A DNA stretch of 64,000 bases. Origin: Ostrea edulis. Its lineage: Eukaryota. The stretch lies in the NCBI RefSeq assembly GCF_947568905.1, contig NC_079168.1, positions 64,046,001 through 64,110,000 of the forward strand. Direction: 5' to 3'. Each line of letters starts with the position of its first letter. The first letter of the stretch is position 1. Below are positions 39,813-52,331 of this stretch, piece by piece. Position numbers and translations under genes: made by a program. A model generated the notes under the pieces. It was not told the origin of the DNA. It saw nothing but the letters and a program-made list of their open reading frames with translations, and searched no databases.

Positions 39813-40403
39813 TATTCTCTTTAGAGAAGTCGAAAGGCATAGCCTTCATCGACTTCTCTTCGCAAGCATTCATGTTTTGATTCTGGAAAACGTGTAAATG
39901 CCGGAGTCGGTGATGGTTTAAGCTTCGACCGACGTTTCGACTCAGATGTGCCTGGATTTATGCAATAGACAACTTGTTTTCAAACATTTAATAGCAATAC
40001 ACAAAACCGTCACACTGAAATCAAAACTTACTTGCTTTTAATCCATTTTCAACATGCCCCTGTCCCGGGTTTAAATCACAACTCTGTTTACGTCAGTCTG
40101 CTTCGGTCCCCTATTGTGACAGCTCCCAAGACCAGTTAACGTAAACCCGGGACAGGGGACATGTTGAAAATGGATTAAAAGCAAGTAAGTGTTGATTTCC
40201 TTGTGACAGTTTTGTGCATTACTGCTAAATGTTTGAAAACAAGTTGTCTATTGCATAAATCCAGGCACATCTGAGTCGAAACGTCGGTCGAAGCATAAAC
40301 CGTCACCGACTCCGGCATTTACACGTTTTCCAGAATCAAAATATGAATGCTTGCGAAGAGAAGTCGATGAAGGCTATGCCTTTCGACTTCTCTAAAGAGA
40401 ATA
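39813..40403. mobile_element. Fold-back MITE: ~261-bp TIRs, 68-bp spacer, 10-bp TSD
   Basis: Arms 39813-40073 and 40142-40403; ACCCGGCGAC duplicated at 39803-39812 and 40404-40413. Confidence 0.9.
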
Positions 40404-41000
40404 ACCCGGCGACGTGCTAAGAATCAAGTGACCCGGCTAGTGTTGATCTTCTATTGTATAAACATTACTCGGCATAAAAATGACCAACATATTTACAAAT
40501 CATGTTTATTTCACCAGTGTAAAAATTAAAAACATTATGTCTTAGAATAAACAACTCTCGATATTACTGTCTCCAAGGACGCCAGCTTGAAGTCGCCTTC
40601 GCTTATAAAAATTTCCCGGCTCAATCGGGTTACCCTGTGGGATGCGTGAGCAATTCCGGCTCAGAATGCAATCAAGTACGCCGGATCGTTAGAATCAAGT
40701 ATGCTAATTAGTGTCTAGTTTTGATGGGTTTTTTTGTTTTACCGTCTTGGCCACTCTTAGTAAGCCTACTCTTCACGACTATGGTACATGTATTTTGCGT
40801 GATAAAAGGGTTGTGATCCCTGCCATTGGTCACCATTGTACGTCCAGTCCGATGGACCGTGAACATGCGTGCAATTATGTTTAAATACAAGTTATATCTG
40901 TACAAACATAAAATTGGTCTTGTGTAAAAGTTTTGAATTGCATGAATTTTTACCTTTTCGAAAAGTTCTTTCATTAACTTAATATTAATTACAGGTTTAG

Positions 41001-41411
41001 CCCTTTAACTACAAGAAGTTGAAATCGAAGCATTTTCTTGGCATATTCTTATAATATATAACCTATATATGTATCCTGAAAGGAAAAATCTTGTCATGAC
41101 AACGAAACTAGCCCATGAATCCCAAACGGGGGGGGGGGGGGGGGTTCCCATCATTTTCTTCATATAAAACACACCAATTGAATATTTATCAGCCATCATT
41201 TACATAATTTTTAGTATTATTTGTATTCATGTACATGTATAACATATGCATGAATTTATGAAAATGAGTGTTATTTATTGTAAGTATATACGTGCACATG
41301 TAACTATTGAACTAGAAGGTGTACATAAATTACACTACACTGCCTGCACTTATTTTGAAAATTTCCTTAATTAAAGCCTGATGAAAAAAGGCCTCACTGG
41401 GCGTTAAAGGG
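41001..41411. mobile_element. piggyBac-like MITE, degenerate
   Basis: CCCTTTAAC / GTTAAAGGG ends; flanks TTAG and TTAC resemble a decayed TTAA. Confidence 0.35.
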
Positions 41412-42819
41412 TTACGGTTTGTATATTGAATTCTAAAGTTAAAATATCTCGAACTGGAGTGTTGTTTTCGCAGAAGCACAGGTTTCGATGTTGACGCGAA
41501 TACCAATGTGGCATGGAATCCCGATTTACCTTGTTTACTCTTCTTTTCATTTTTTACAATAGAGGTATTGATTCAGGATGTCTGATATATATTTGTTTGA
41601 CTGATCTAAGTTTATATTGTGCAAGCTTCGTAAACAAGAAAGAGAATCCGAAAAAATATAGAAAAGTTTTGATCTGGAAGTGATTAGATATAATTGTCAG
41701 CTATATGTCATCGGCCTCGACTGTAAGTATTATTATCGCTTGACCTACACTGTAGAACGTGAGTAGCGAACATACCCTCCTTAATTAATTATTACAGCAG
41801 CCAGCCTTACATTATCTTTTGAATCATCGATAAAAAAAAAATTCAACATTAGAACCTTGAGATATTTCGTTAAGTTTTTGTTACAATTATGATTGGATTT
41901 ATCTTTTAATTTTTATATTCTCTTGGGGGGGGGGGGGGTGTCCACTACTGGGTTGTACATTTTCGGAACGAGAAATGGGTTAAACAGTCTAAAGGTAAAT
42001 TCGAATCCGTTAGCTGTTTCCGGATTCTAAGTCCTATGGATTTTCCTCGTTTTCATCTTTGTATTTAGGATGGGATATCTGAGTTTTGAAAATATATTTT
42101 ATTGTAATCTAATTCGTCGGATGTGGCAACTCGCACGCGTCATCATATAAACCATCATTGGGAGGTATTCGAAATGTTTCCAATGTTCCCAGACACCGTC
42201 GTAGATCCTAATGACGACTCGAATCGAGAGTTCCTGACAGATTCGTAAACCATACACCCATGTTCTAATTTAGATCTTACAATAGAGTGTATACAGTGTA
42301 GCTTCAGAAAGATATGTTTTTCTGCTCCCTAGTTGGTATTTGCAAAGACTTTTATAATATTTAGAGCCTACTCAGTGCATTTCTTCCCTAGCTGTGGAAT
42401 GGATGTAGGTTTATTGTCAAAAATCACGCCGAAAATTTCGTTTGTTTTACAGCTTCGATTTGAATTCTATCTAAGTTTAAACATGGATCAGTGTGTGCTT
42501 TTCGTTTGTTACTGAAATGCACAAAGAATGTTTTAGATTTAGAATTTTGTTTTTAAATCGTTATCATTAGCCCATTTTTTAATCTATTTAAGCATGATTG
42601 TAACTGTTGTTCGACTGTATTTCGCGCGGTTATTCCATCAATTTAAATGCACAATTGATTGTCTTAACCAAATAAAATTGTATATGATCATCGATTTAAA
42701 GGCGTCAAGTATTAGCATTTCCAGTTTCTTTTCATTTAAATGACTTTGTAAGTACAAAGCACGATCAATTTACTTCAAGTCCCTGAAAGTCTGGAACATT
42801 CATGCCTAAATCGAGAAAC

Positions 42820-43079
42820 ATGGAAATTATTTTCTATTTTGGAATACTTTTTTCTGCTGCAAATTTTGGAGAAGGGGCTCGTCAAAAACCTAGAGGACAC
42901 CTACTGTATTTTGGATCCCACCAACCGGCAGAGGGGAGTATTGAGACCTTGGATGAATTTCCTACCCCGGAGGACTTTTACGGGATATATGTATCGCCAA
43001 GAATTCCAGTTAAGTTCCGCCATGTTCTCAATCCACGCACCATGCCTGCTTTTGGTCTTTGGACAGACGATTATTTGAA
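42820..43079 (+). CDS. JmjC-EF-hand-HDEL gene, exon 1 (signal peptide; alternative ATG at 42802)
   Basis: MEIIFYFGILFSAANFGEG leader, GHLLYFGSH, P.PEDFY..YV..RIPVKFR, LWTDDYL; donor GTAGGT at 43080, phase 2. Confidence 0.85.
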
Positions 43080-43352
43080 GTAGGTTAACTAGAATAGTTT
43101 TGAGATAGAAAGTTGTGTACACCGTTATATAATAACTGATAATGTAGCAATTTTAGAACTTGGAAAATTTCAAATAATACCTTGTTGATGTCATGCAAAG
43201 AACAATACATATTTACTATTCGTATATTGATTGATACCATGTTTTTATAAGAAACTGGTAACAATCTTCCATTTCCGCAATTAGTAACATACATATGTAA
43301 CGCGACTTAGCTGATTCTGAACATAACGAGACTTAGCTCTTCCAATTTCATA

Positions 43353-44372
43353 ATCAGGAACATAACGAGACTTCATGATTAATAACACAACGAGACTTCA
43401 TGATTAGTAACATAACGAGACTTCGTGATTAGGAACATAACGAGACTTTATGATTAGTAACATAACGAGATTTTATGATTAGTAACATAACGAGACTCCA
43501 TGATTAGTAACATAACGAGACTTCATGATTAGGAACATAACGAGACTTCATGATTAGGAACACAACGATACTTCATGATTAGTAACATAACGAGACTTCG
43601 TGATTAGGAACATAACGAGACTTCATGATTAGGAACATAACGAGACTTCATGATTAGGAACATAACGAGACTTCATGAATAGGAACATAACGAAACTTCT
43701 TGATTAGTAACATAACGAGACTTCATGATTAGGAACATAGCGAGACTGTATGATTAGTAACATAACGAGACTTCATGGTTAGGAACATAACGAGACTTCA
43801 TGATTAGTAACATAACGAGACTTCATGATTAGGAATATAACGAAACTTCATGATTAGGAATATAACGAGACTTCATGATTAGGAACATAACGAGACTTCA
43901 TGATTAGGAACATAACGAGACTTCATGATTAGGAACATAACGAGACTTTATGATTAGTAACATAACGAGACTTCATGATTAGGAATATAACGAGACTTCA
44001 TGATTAGGAACATAACGAGACTTCATGATTAGTAACATAACGAGACTTCATGATTAGGAATATAACGAGACTTTATGATTAGTAACATAACGAGACTTCA
44101 TGATTAGGAACATAACGAGACTTCATGTTTAGGAACATAACGAGACTTTATGATTAGTAACATAACGAGACTTCATGATTAGGAACATAACGAGACTTCA
44201 TGATTAGGAACATAACGAGACTTCATGATTAGGAACATAACGAGACTTCATGATTAGGAACATAACGAGACTTTATGATTAGTAACATAACGAGACTTCA
44301 TGATTAGTAACATAACGAGACTTCATGATTAGGAACATAACGAGACTTCATTATTAGGAATATAACGAGACA
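43353..44372. repeat. 25-bp minisatellite, ~40 copies, in intron 1
   Basis: Unit GATTAG(G/T)AACATAACGAGACTTCAT. Confidence 0.97.
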
Positions 44373-44923
44373 TAACATATCGAGACTTGGGTCCTCGGAT
44401 AAGTATCTTCACACCTGCAGCCTGTTTGAGCTGAAGATTTATGCAAAGCCATTAGTTTGCTTGATATTTCTTTAAATAATAACGATTAATATTTTTAATT
44501 CATTATTTTGCGATGGTGAGAAGGAAGACCTAATAAATAGATACCGTAAAATACATGTATTCTATGATAGATTCATTCATTTCTGTTGTAAGCATGTGTA
44601 TTTTTATCAGAGAAGATTCCTGAGAAATAAATTTTATTGTTGCAAATACATAAAGGTATGGATTGAGACGCTTCCAGCCGGCATACTTTATGAAATACGT
44701 TAACATGCCGACGTGAGTTCATACCCTCGTGTATTTCCAAAATTGAAATTTATTTTTTATATCTGCTTTCATTTTTGTCGCAATTCCCAGTCAGAAGACA
44801 TAGTATCGGTATATTTATCAAAACCCATACGCGTATTGTTCACTACAATGTTCACTATCATTACAATGTGTAAAGATATTAAAGGGAAAATCATTGGAAA
44901 TGTAAATATTTTTTACATCACAG

Positions 44924-45075
44924 CACTACTTTTGCGCGGGAAATTGTCTATGCGGAGTACGGAAAAAAGGAGGACGCAGACAACTCGTACCGTTACTACA
45001 GATTGGCTGACTTCATTCACGACTACACCTTCAGAGACATCTACATGTTCCAGGATATTCCAAACAGTATGCAGG
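44924..45075 (+). CDS. JmjC-EF-hand-HDEL gene, exon 2
   Basis: Acceptor CACAG; (N)TTFAREIVYAEYGKKED...LADFIHDYTFRDIYMFQDIPNSMQ; donor GTAGGC at 45076, phase 1. Confidence 0.85.
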
Positions 45076-48000
45076 GTAGGCCTTACGTCAACTTGTATTT
45101 ATCTAAACAGTATGTAGGGTAGGCCTTACGTCAACTTGTATTTATCTAAACAGTATGTAGGGTAGGTCTTACGTCGACTTGTAGTTATCTAAACAGTATG
45201 TAGAGTAGGTCTGGCGTCAACTTGTATTTATCTAAACAGTATATAGGGTAGGCCTTACGTCAACTTGTAGTTATCTAAACAGTATGTAGGATAGACCTTA
45301 CGTCAACTTGTAGTTATCTAAACAGTATATAGGGTAGGCCTTACGTAAACTTGTAGTTATCTAAACAGTATGTAGGATAGGCCTTACGTCAACTTGTAGT
45401 TATTTAAACAGTATGTATCGTAGGCCTTACGTCAACTCGTAGTTATCTAAACAGTGTATAGGGTAGGCCTTACGTCAACTTGTAGTTATCTAAACAGTAT
45501 GTAGGGTAGCCTCACGTCAACTTGTAGTTATCTAAACAGTATGTAGAGTAGGCCTTACGTCAACTTGTAGTTATCTAAACAGTATGTAGGATAGGCCTTA
45601 CGTCAACTTGTAGTTATTTAAACAGTATGTAGGGTAGGCCTTACGTCAACTTGTAGTTATCTAAACAGTATGTAGGGTAACCTCACGTCAACTTGTAGTT
45701 ATCTAAACAGTGTATAGGGTAGGCCTTACGTCAACTTGTAGTTATCTAAACAGTATGTAGGGTAACCTCACGTCAACTTGTAGTTATCTAAACAGTATGT
45801 AGGGTAGCCTCACGTCAACTTGTAGTTATCTAAACAGTGTACAGGGTAGGCCTTACGTCAACTTGTAGTTATCTAAACAGTATGTAGGATAGACCTTACG
45901 TCAACTTGTAGTTATCTAAACAGTATGTAGGGTAACCTCACGTCAACTTGTAGTTATCTAAACAGTGTATAGGGTAGGCCTTACGTCAACTTGTAGTTAT
46001 CTAAACAGTATGTAGGGTAACCTCACGTCAACTTGTAGTTATCTAAACAGTATGTAGGGTAGCCTCACGTCAACTTGTAGTTATTTAAACAGTGTATAGG
46101 GTAGGCCTTACGTCAACTTGTAGTTATCTAAACAGTGTATAGGGTAGCCTCACGTCAACTTGTACTTATCTAAACAGTATGTAGGGTAGCCTCACGTCAA
46201 CTTGTAGTTATTTAAACAGTGTATAGGGTAGGCCTTAATTCAACTTGTAGTTATCTAAACAGTATGTAGGGTAACCTCACGTCAACTTGTAGTTATCTAA
46301 ACAGTATGTAGGATAGACCTTACGTCAATTTGTAGTTATCTAAACAGTATGTAGGGTAGCCTCACGTCAACTTGTAGTTATCTAAACAGTGTATAGGGTA
46401 AACCTTATGTCAACTTGTAGTTATCTAAACATTATGTAGGATAGACCTCACGTCAACTTGTAGTTATCTAAACATTATGTAGGATAGACCTTACGTCAAC
46501 TTGTAGTTATCTAAACAGTATGTAGGATAGACCTTACGTCAACTTGTAGTTATCTAAACAGTGTATAGGGTAGCCTCACGTCAACTTGTACTTATCTAAA
46601 CAGTATGTAGGGTAGCCTCACGTCAACTTGTAGTTATTTAAACAGTGTATAGGGTAGGCCTTAATTCAACTTGTAGTTATCTAAACAGTATGTAGGGTAG
46701 CCTCACGTCAACTTATAGTTATCTAAACAGTGTACAGGGTAGGCATTATGTCAACTTGTAGTTATCTAAACAGTATGTAGGGTAACCTCACGTCAACTTG
46801 TAGTTATCTAAACAGTATGTAGGGTAGCCTTACGTCAACTTGTAGTTATCTAAACAGTATGTAGGGTAACCTCACGTCAACTTGTAGTTATCTAAACAGT
46901 ATGTAGGGTAGCCTTACGTCAACTTGTAGTTATCTAAACAGTATGTAGGATAGACCTTACGTCAACTTGTAGTTATCTAAACAGTATGTAGGGTAGCCTT
47001 ACGTCAACTTGTAGTTATCTAAACATTATGTAGGATAGACCTCACGTCAACTTGTAGTTATCTAAACATTATGTAGGATAGACCTTACGTCAACTTGTAG
47101 TTATCTAAACAGTATGTAGGATAGACCTTACGTCAACTTGTAGTTATCTAAACAGTATGTAGGGTAACCTCACGTCAACTTGTAGTTATCTAAACAGTGT
47201 ACAGGGTAGGCCTTATGTCAACTTGTAGTTATCTAAACAGTATGTAGGATAGGCCTTACGTCAACTTGTAGTTATCTAAACAGTATGTAGGGTAACCTCA
47301 CGTCAACTTGTAGTTATCTAAACAGTGTATAGGGTAGGCCTTACGTCAACTTGTAGTTATCTAAACAGTATGTAGGGTAACCTCACGTCAACTTGTAGTT
47401 ATCTAAACAGTATGTAGGGTAGCCTCACGTCAACTTGTAGTTATTTAAACAGTGTATAGGGTAGGCCTTACGTCAACTTGTAGTTATCTAAACAGTGTAT
47501 AGGGTAGCCTCACGTCAACTTGTACTTATCTAAACAGTATGTAGGGTAGCCTCACGTCAACTTGTAGTTATTTAAACAGTGTATAGGGTAGGCCTTAATT
47601 CAACTTGTAGTTATCTAAACAGTATGTAGGGTAACCTCACGTCAACTTGTAGTTATCTAAACAGTATGTAGGATAGACCTTACGTCAATTTGTAGTTATC
47701 TAAACAGTATGTAGGGTAGCCTCACGTCAACTTGTAGTTATCTAAACAGTGTATAGGGTAAACCTTATGTCAACTTGTAGTTATCTAAACATTATGTAGG
47801 ATAGACCTCACGTCAACTTGTAGTTATCTAAACATTATGTAGGATAGACCTTACGTCAACTTGTAGTTATCTAAACAGTATGTAGGATAGACCTTACGTC
47901 AACTTGTAGTTATCTAAACAGTGTATAGGGTAGCCTCACGTCAACTTGTACTTATCTAAACAGTATGTAGGGTAGCCTCACGTCAACTTGTAGTTATTTA

Positions 48001-48830
48001 AACAGTGTATAGGGTAGGCCTTAATTCAACTTGTAGTTATCTAAACAGTATGTAGAGTAGCCTCACGTCAACTTGTAGTTATCTAAACAGTGTACAGGGT
48101 AGGCATTATGTCAACTTGTAGTTATCTAAACAGTATGTAGGGTAACCTCACGTCAACTTGTAGTTATCTAAACAGTATGTAGGGTAGCCTTACGTCAACT
48201 TGTAGTTATCTAAACAGTATGTAGGGTAACCTCACGTCAACTTGTAGTTATCTAAACAGTATGTAGGGTAGCCTTACGTCAACTTGTAGTTATCTAAACA
48301 GTATGTAGGATAGACCTTACGTCAACTTGTAGTTATCTAAACAGTATGTAGGGTAGCCTTACGTCAACTTGTAGTTATCTAAACATTATGTAGGATAGAC
48401 CTCACGTCAACTTGTAGTTATCTAAACATTATGTAGGATAGACCTTACGTCAACTTGTAGTTATCTAAACAGTATGTAGGATAGACCTTACGTCAACTTG
48501 TAGTTATCTAAACAGTATGTAGGGTAACCTCACGTCAACTTGTAGTTATCTAAACAGTGTACAGGGTAGGCCTTATGTCAACTTGTAGTTATCTAAACAG
48601 TATGTAGGATAGGCCTTACGTCAACTTGTAGTTATCTAAAGGGTATTTAGGGTAACCTCACGTCAACTTGTAGTTATCTAAACAGTGTATAGGGTAGCCT
48701 CACGTCAACTTGTAGTTATCTAAACAGTGTATAGGGTAGGCCTTACGTCAACTTGTAGTTATCTAAACAGTATGTAGGGTAGCCTCACGTCAACTTGTAG
48801 TTATCTAAACAGTAAGCAGGGTAGCCTTAC
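45062..48830. repeat. 42/43-bp satellite array, ~88 copies, overlapping the exon 2 donor
   Basis: Unit AAACAGTATGTAGGGTAGGCCTTACGTCAACTTGTAGTTATCT; first unit starts in exon 2. Confidence 0.97.
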
Positions 48831-49053
48831 CTGTACTTGAAATTATCTTAGAAAAATAGATGACACAAATCAGTGGCGTGTCTGTATATGTAATCTTACA
48901 GAACAGGTGTGTAAATAACGTTCATTAACCTGTACAATGTTATCAGAATCCATCTATAGTAAAAAATAAACCAACCATTTTTCTTTCATAAATAGTCTTA
49001 CAAATACACGATCGTGATCAAATATTATAGAAGTACATTTGCTATTTTGGCAG

Positions 49054-49220
49054 GAAATGTGAGTGTTCCGTTTTGTTTATTATGCTCGTTTGAGCGCATG
49101 CTCCGGCGAGTGGTCCTTTGGATGAGTAGTGGTGGTATCCAGACTGTTCTCCACAAAGACGTCTTGGACAGCGTTTATTGTTTATTGGAAGGATCCAAGG
49201 ATTTTTACCTCGTCGACAGT
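49054..49220 (+). CDS. JmjC-EF-hand-HDEL gene, exon 3 (HxD motif)
   Basis: Acceptor GGCAG; VVLWMSSGGIQTVLHKDVLDSVYCLLEGSKDFYLVDS; donor GTAAGA at 49221, phase 0. Confidence 0.9.
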
Positions 49221-49446
49221 GTAAGATTGTTTCTCCCAAAATCACCCTTTTCAACGTTGTGACATCTGTGTGTAGTTTGGACGTTTTATGGGTGTACATT
49301 ATATAAATACGATATAATCCATAAACATTCGATTAACCCACAAACGGTTTTATATGGTAATGTAAAGTTAGAAAATGAAAACTGATACTGGTAATGAAGA
49401 ATTAGTGACTTCTGAAAGACGTTTTATTTAATTGTCGATCACATAG

Positions 49447-49607
49447 GAGCAAGCTGATCTGGTGGAGCGTCGGCACTGGAACAAAGCTGGTGGATACAGC
49501 GAAGTGGATGTGGAACAAGTGGATATGTTTCGGTTCCCAGAATTCCAGAATCTTCCGTGGTGGAAATCTAGCCTGACACCTGGAGACTGTCTCTTCATAC
49601 CTAAAGA
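49447..49607 (+). CDS. JmjC-EF-hand-HDEL gene, exon 4
   Basis: Acceptor CATAG; GGYSEVDVEQVDMFRFPEFQNLPWW..SLTPGDCLFIPK; donor GTACAC at 49608 (weak), phase 2. Confidence 0.85.
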
Positions 49608-49764
49608 GTACACGGTCATTTTATGCAAATTGCGTGATTTTTCTAATACAGACGATATATTTTGATCGCAGTCATCATTATTCATAGACCAGAATTTTTT
49701 TTCTAATTCAAAATTACGAACACTTTAAAAGTATTCAATATTCAGCTTATTCTATTAACCAGAG

Positions 49765-50020
49765 ATCCCGTGGGGATCCGGGTTAGAATAGGTCCTCAGT
49801 ACCCCTTGCTTGTCGTAGAAGGCGACTTCAGATGAGACGGCAAAAACCGAGGTCCCGTGTCATAGCAGGTGTGACACGATAAAGATCCCTCCCTGCTCAA
49901 AGGCCATAAGCGCCGTCCGTAGGCTTAACTTTTGCAGCCCTTCACCGGCGGTGGTGACGTCTCCATATGAGTGAAATATTCTCGAGTGGGACGTTAAACA
50001 ACATTCATTCATTCAATCAA
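49765..50020 (+). mobile_element. SINE family A with 12-bp TSD
   Basis: TATTAACCAGAG at 49753-49764 and 50021-50032; short internal deletion. Confidence 0.9.
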
Positions 50021-50271
50021 TATTAACCAGAGTTTTGCTTGTTTTCCTTTTTGACAAAACGCTTATCTCTACCTTTTTTCGCAAAACGCTTATTCAGATA
50101 TGCATGTAATTTTATCTATTTACATTTGCCAATGCACTTCCTTATATGATAGTACTAATGAAATTGTAACATGAAGTTGGTCACGTGATCAGTCTTTTCT
50201 TGCGTATGAATACAATCACCGCTTCAAAACTCAGTTCCTGTACTTTCACCTGGCTTCTTGTTTATGCAATG

Positions 50272-50415
50272 CAGTGGGGTATTTAGACTTGCCACAATTC
50301 TAAATAATAGAAATAATGTCAGTAATATTCCAGATTGGCACCCAAAATGGCTGAGTATTTTGGCTAATACTTGACTTTGACACACACCCTTTCGTAAACC
50401 CTGGATCCGCCACTG
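50272..50415. mobile_element. Small CAGTG-ended MITE
   Basis: CAGTGGGGTATTTAG / CTGGATCCGCCACTG ends; CAATG on both flanks. Confidence 0.45.
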
Positions 50416-51360
50416 CAATGACATCATAAACAAACAAGAATTTCATCAATTATAAAACAGAAACATTAAACATACCATTCTGTTGTTTCATTTTAAAAAG
50501 TTTTAAATACCGTCTGCAACTATGCCTAAATTGCAACTTCTGCATGGCGAATTTATAAAATAAAGTTCTATGATATTGGAAACGAAAAAATGTAGGCAGA
50601 GTTGTAAGCCTATTTACTTTATGAAGATGAGTTTCCTGGCAACTGCCACCACAGCTATCACTCGACATGATCATAAGCGAGGCTGGTTTCGAGGCTCGAA
50701 AAATTATGTTCATATCAGGGTATCGGTGCGAGTCTTCATTAAAATCCTATAACAAAAATCACTCAAACGAACAAAAACTCCGTCAGTTCGTTTTCATTTT
50801 CTCTTACACACACTGAAGGTAAATAAAAGAAGCAACCTACCTGCACTTTGTCTAAATCTGTCCTACAGTCTCGAATTGTCTCCTGCATGGCTACAACCGC
50901 GAGTCCTAACAATGAACATGCCGTTGTTTCTTTCCAAAAACCTGACCAAGAGCTTAACGTTAACTTGACCCATCATATCCTCCATCAATTCTCTCAGATC
51001 CTTTGCATTTCTGACGAAATCTGTGTTCAACAATTGCGTTTCAACTTTGTAGGCTAGACCAACGTCAGTTTCTCCATCGCCAATCGCGACCAAATCACAT
51101 CACGGATGTAGTTTACTCCGCTCTTCTTGTCTTTATTTCAGTTAACTTTACGCTCTAAATTACCTTTATTTTCCACTTGTTTCGTCTTTTTTTAACCTTT
51201 TCAATTAAATATCTATATTTTATATTCTCTTTGATATTGTTCCTAATTTTTTACTCGATAAAACTCAACGAACTATATTTTGTGTTCTACGATCGTTATT
51301 TTGGTCATCTGCTACATAATCATGGAAGCTCGGTAAGAACACAAATTAAACTAGAAAATA

Positions 51361-51517
51361 TAAGAAATAAAATATCATTTTTGAGTGTTATTGGGATATG
51401 ATATGAAGTTGGTACGTAATCAAATCTACTATAACGCCCTTCGGGCGTAATAGAATTTGATTACGTGACCTTCATGTCATATCCCAATAAGATTCAAAAG
51501 TGATATCTTATTTCTTA
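51361..51517. repeat. Imperfect 157-bp hairpin with 3-nt loop
   Basis: Arms meet at CGCCC-TTC-GGGCG (loop 51440-51442). Confidence 0.85.
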
Positions 51518-51836
51518 ATTGTAACACGCATTATCTGAACAACATAACTTGCTATGTAAATAGCATTGTGATGTCATGAACACTGGACATTTTTAAAAAA
51601 TAGAATCCATCCTAAAACACCGTTCGAAAGTCTTCCGAAATACTCGTCTGTTACTTTTGTGTCGCAATTATAGCTTTCCTTAACACAAGTTACAAAAAAT
51701 GAGTGAATAGAAGATAAAGAATTTGGAATTGATCTAAAGCATATCTGAACTGCGCAATAAATTTACAAAAAAATATATGGTAATGGATTAATAAATTGAT
51801 TTGATCTTGATTATATCTATTACGCACATTTCAAAG

Positions 51837-52001
51837 TTGGTATCACCATGCTCGGAGCGGAGATCAGAGAACGCTAGCCATCAGTTACCGATTTCTTCGT
51901 CCACCATACTTCAATGTCTCCAGGTGTCCTCGAGTACAGAGTACAGAGAAAATTCGGAACTTGACAACGGTCACTCTTTTATCCGACTTGGAAATGAAAA
52001 G
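51837..52001 (+). CDS. JmjC-EF-hand-HDEL gene, exon 5 (distal His)
   Basis: Not in the ORF track in this frame. Acceptor TTCAAAG; (D)WYHHARSGDQRTLAISYRF; donor GTGGGT at 52002, phase 2. Confidence 0.85.
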
Positions 52002-52228
52002 GTGGGTCCTATGTTAAGGCTATATGTGCCCAACTCCACTGCAGTTTAAAACTTACATTTCACAAAAATAGCAGAGATGTCATTTAAAATAGATTTTAAG
52101 ATTTGTATCTCCTAAGCAATGAATTTGCAAAATCTTGTTATAAGACTTAAAAGTCAGAACCCTACATAATGAGAGCATTACCTTCCTCATTTGGTTCACG
52201 GCTTTAAAATGATTTTGATGTCTGGTAG

Positions 52229-52331
52229 GATGACGATGTTGCAGGAGTTTGAGGGTTTGGTCGATGTGCAGCTGTCGGACATGGAAAAAGTGATTCACTC
52301 TCACAGAGAACAGGATGGGGATTACATCAGA
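52229..52331 (+). CDS. JmjC-EF-hand-HDEL gene, exon 6
   Basis: Acceptor GGTAG; (R)MTMLQEFEGLVDVQLSDMEKVIHSHREQDGDYIR; donor GTAGGT at 52332, phase 0. Confidence 0.7.

Noticed and set aside
44713-45117. 134-aa ORF over exon 2
   Set aside because: Different frame from the one that matches the JmjC family and the intron phases.
45062-48830. CRISPR-like appearance of the regular arrays (also 43353-44372 and 52320-53234)
   Set aside because: Units are head-to-tail with no unique spacers, there are no cas genes, and the context is a eukaryotic intron.
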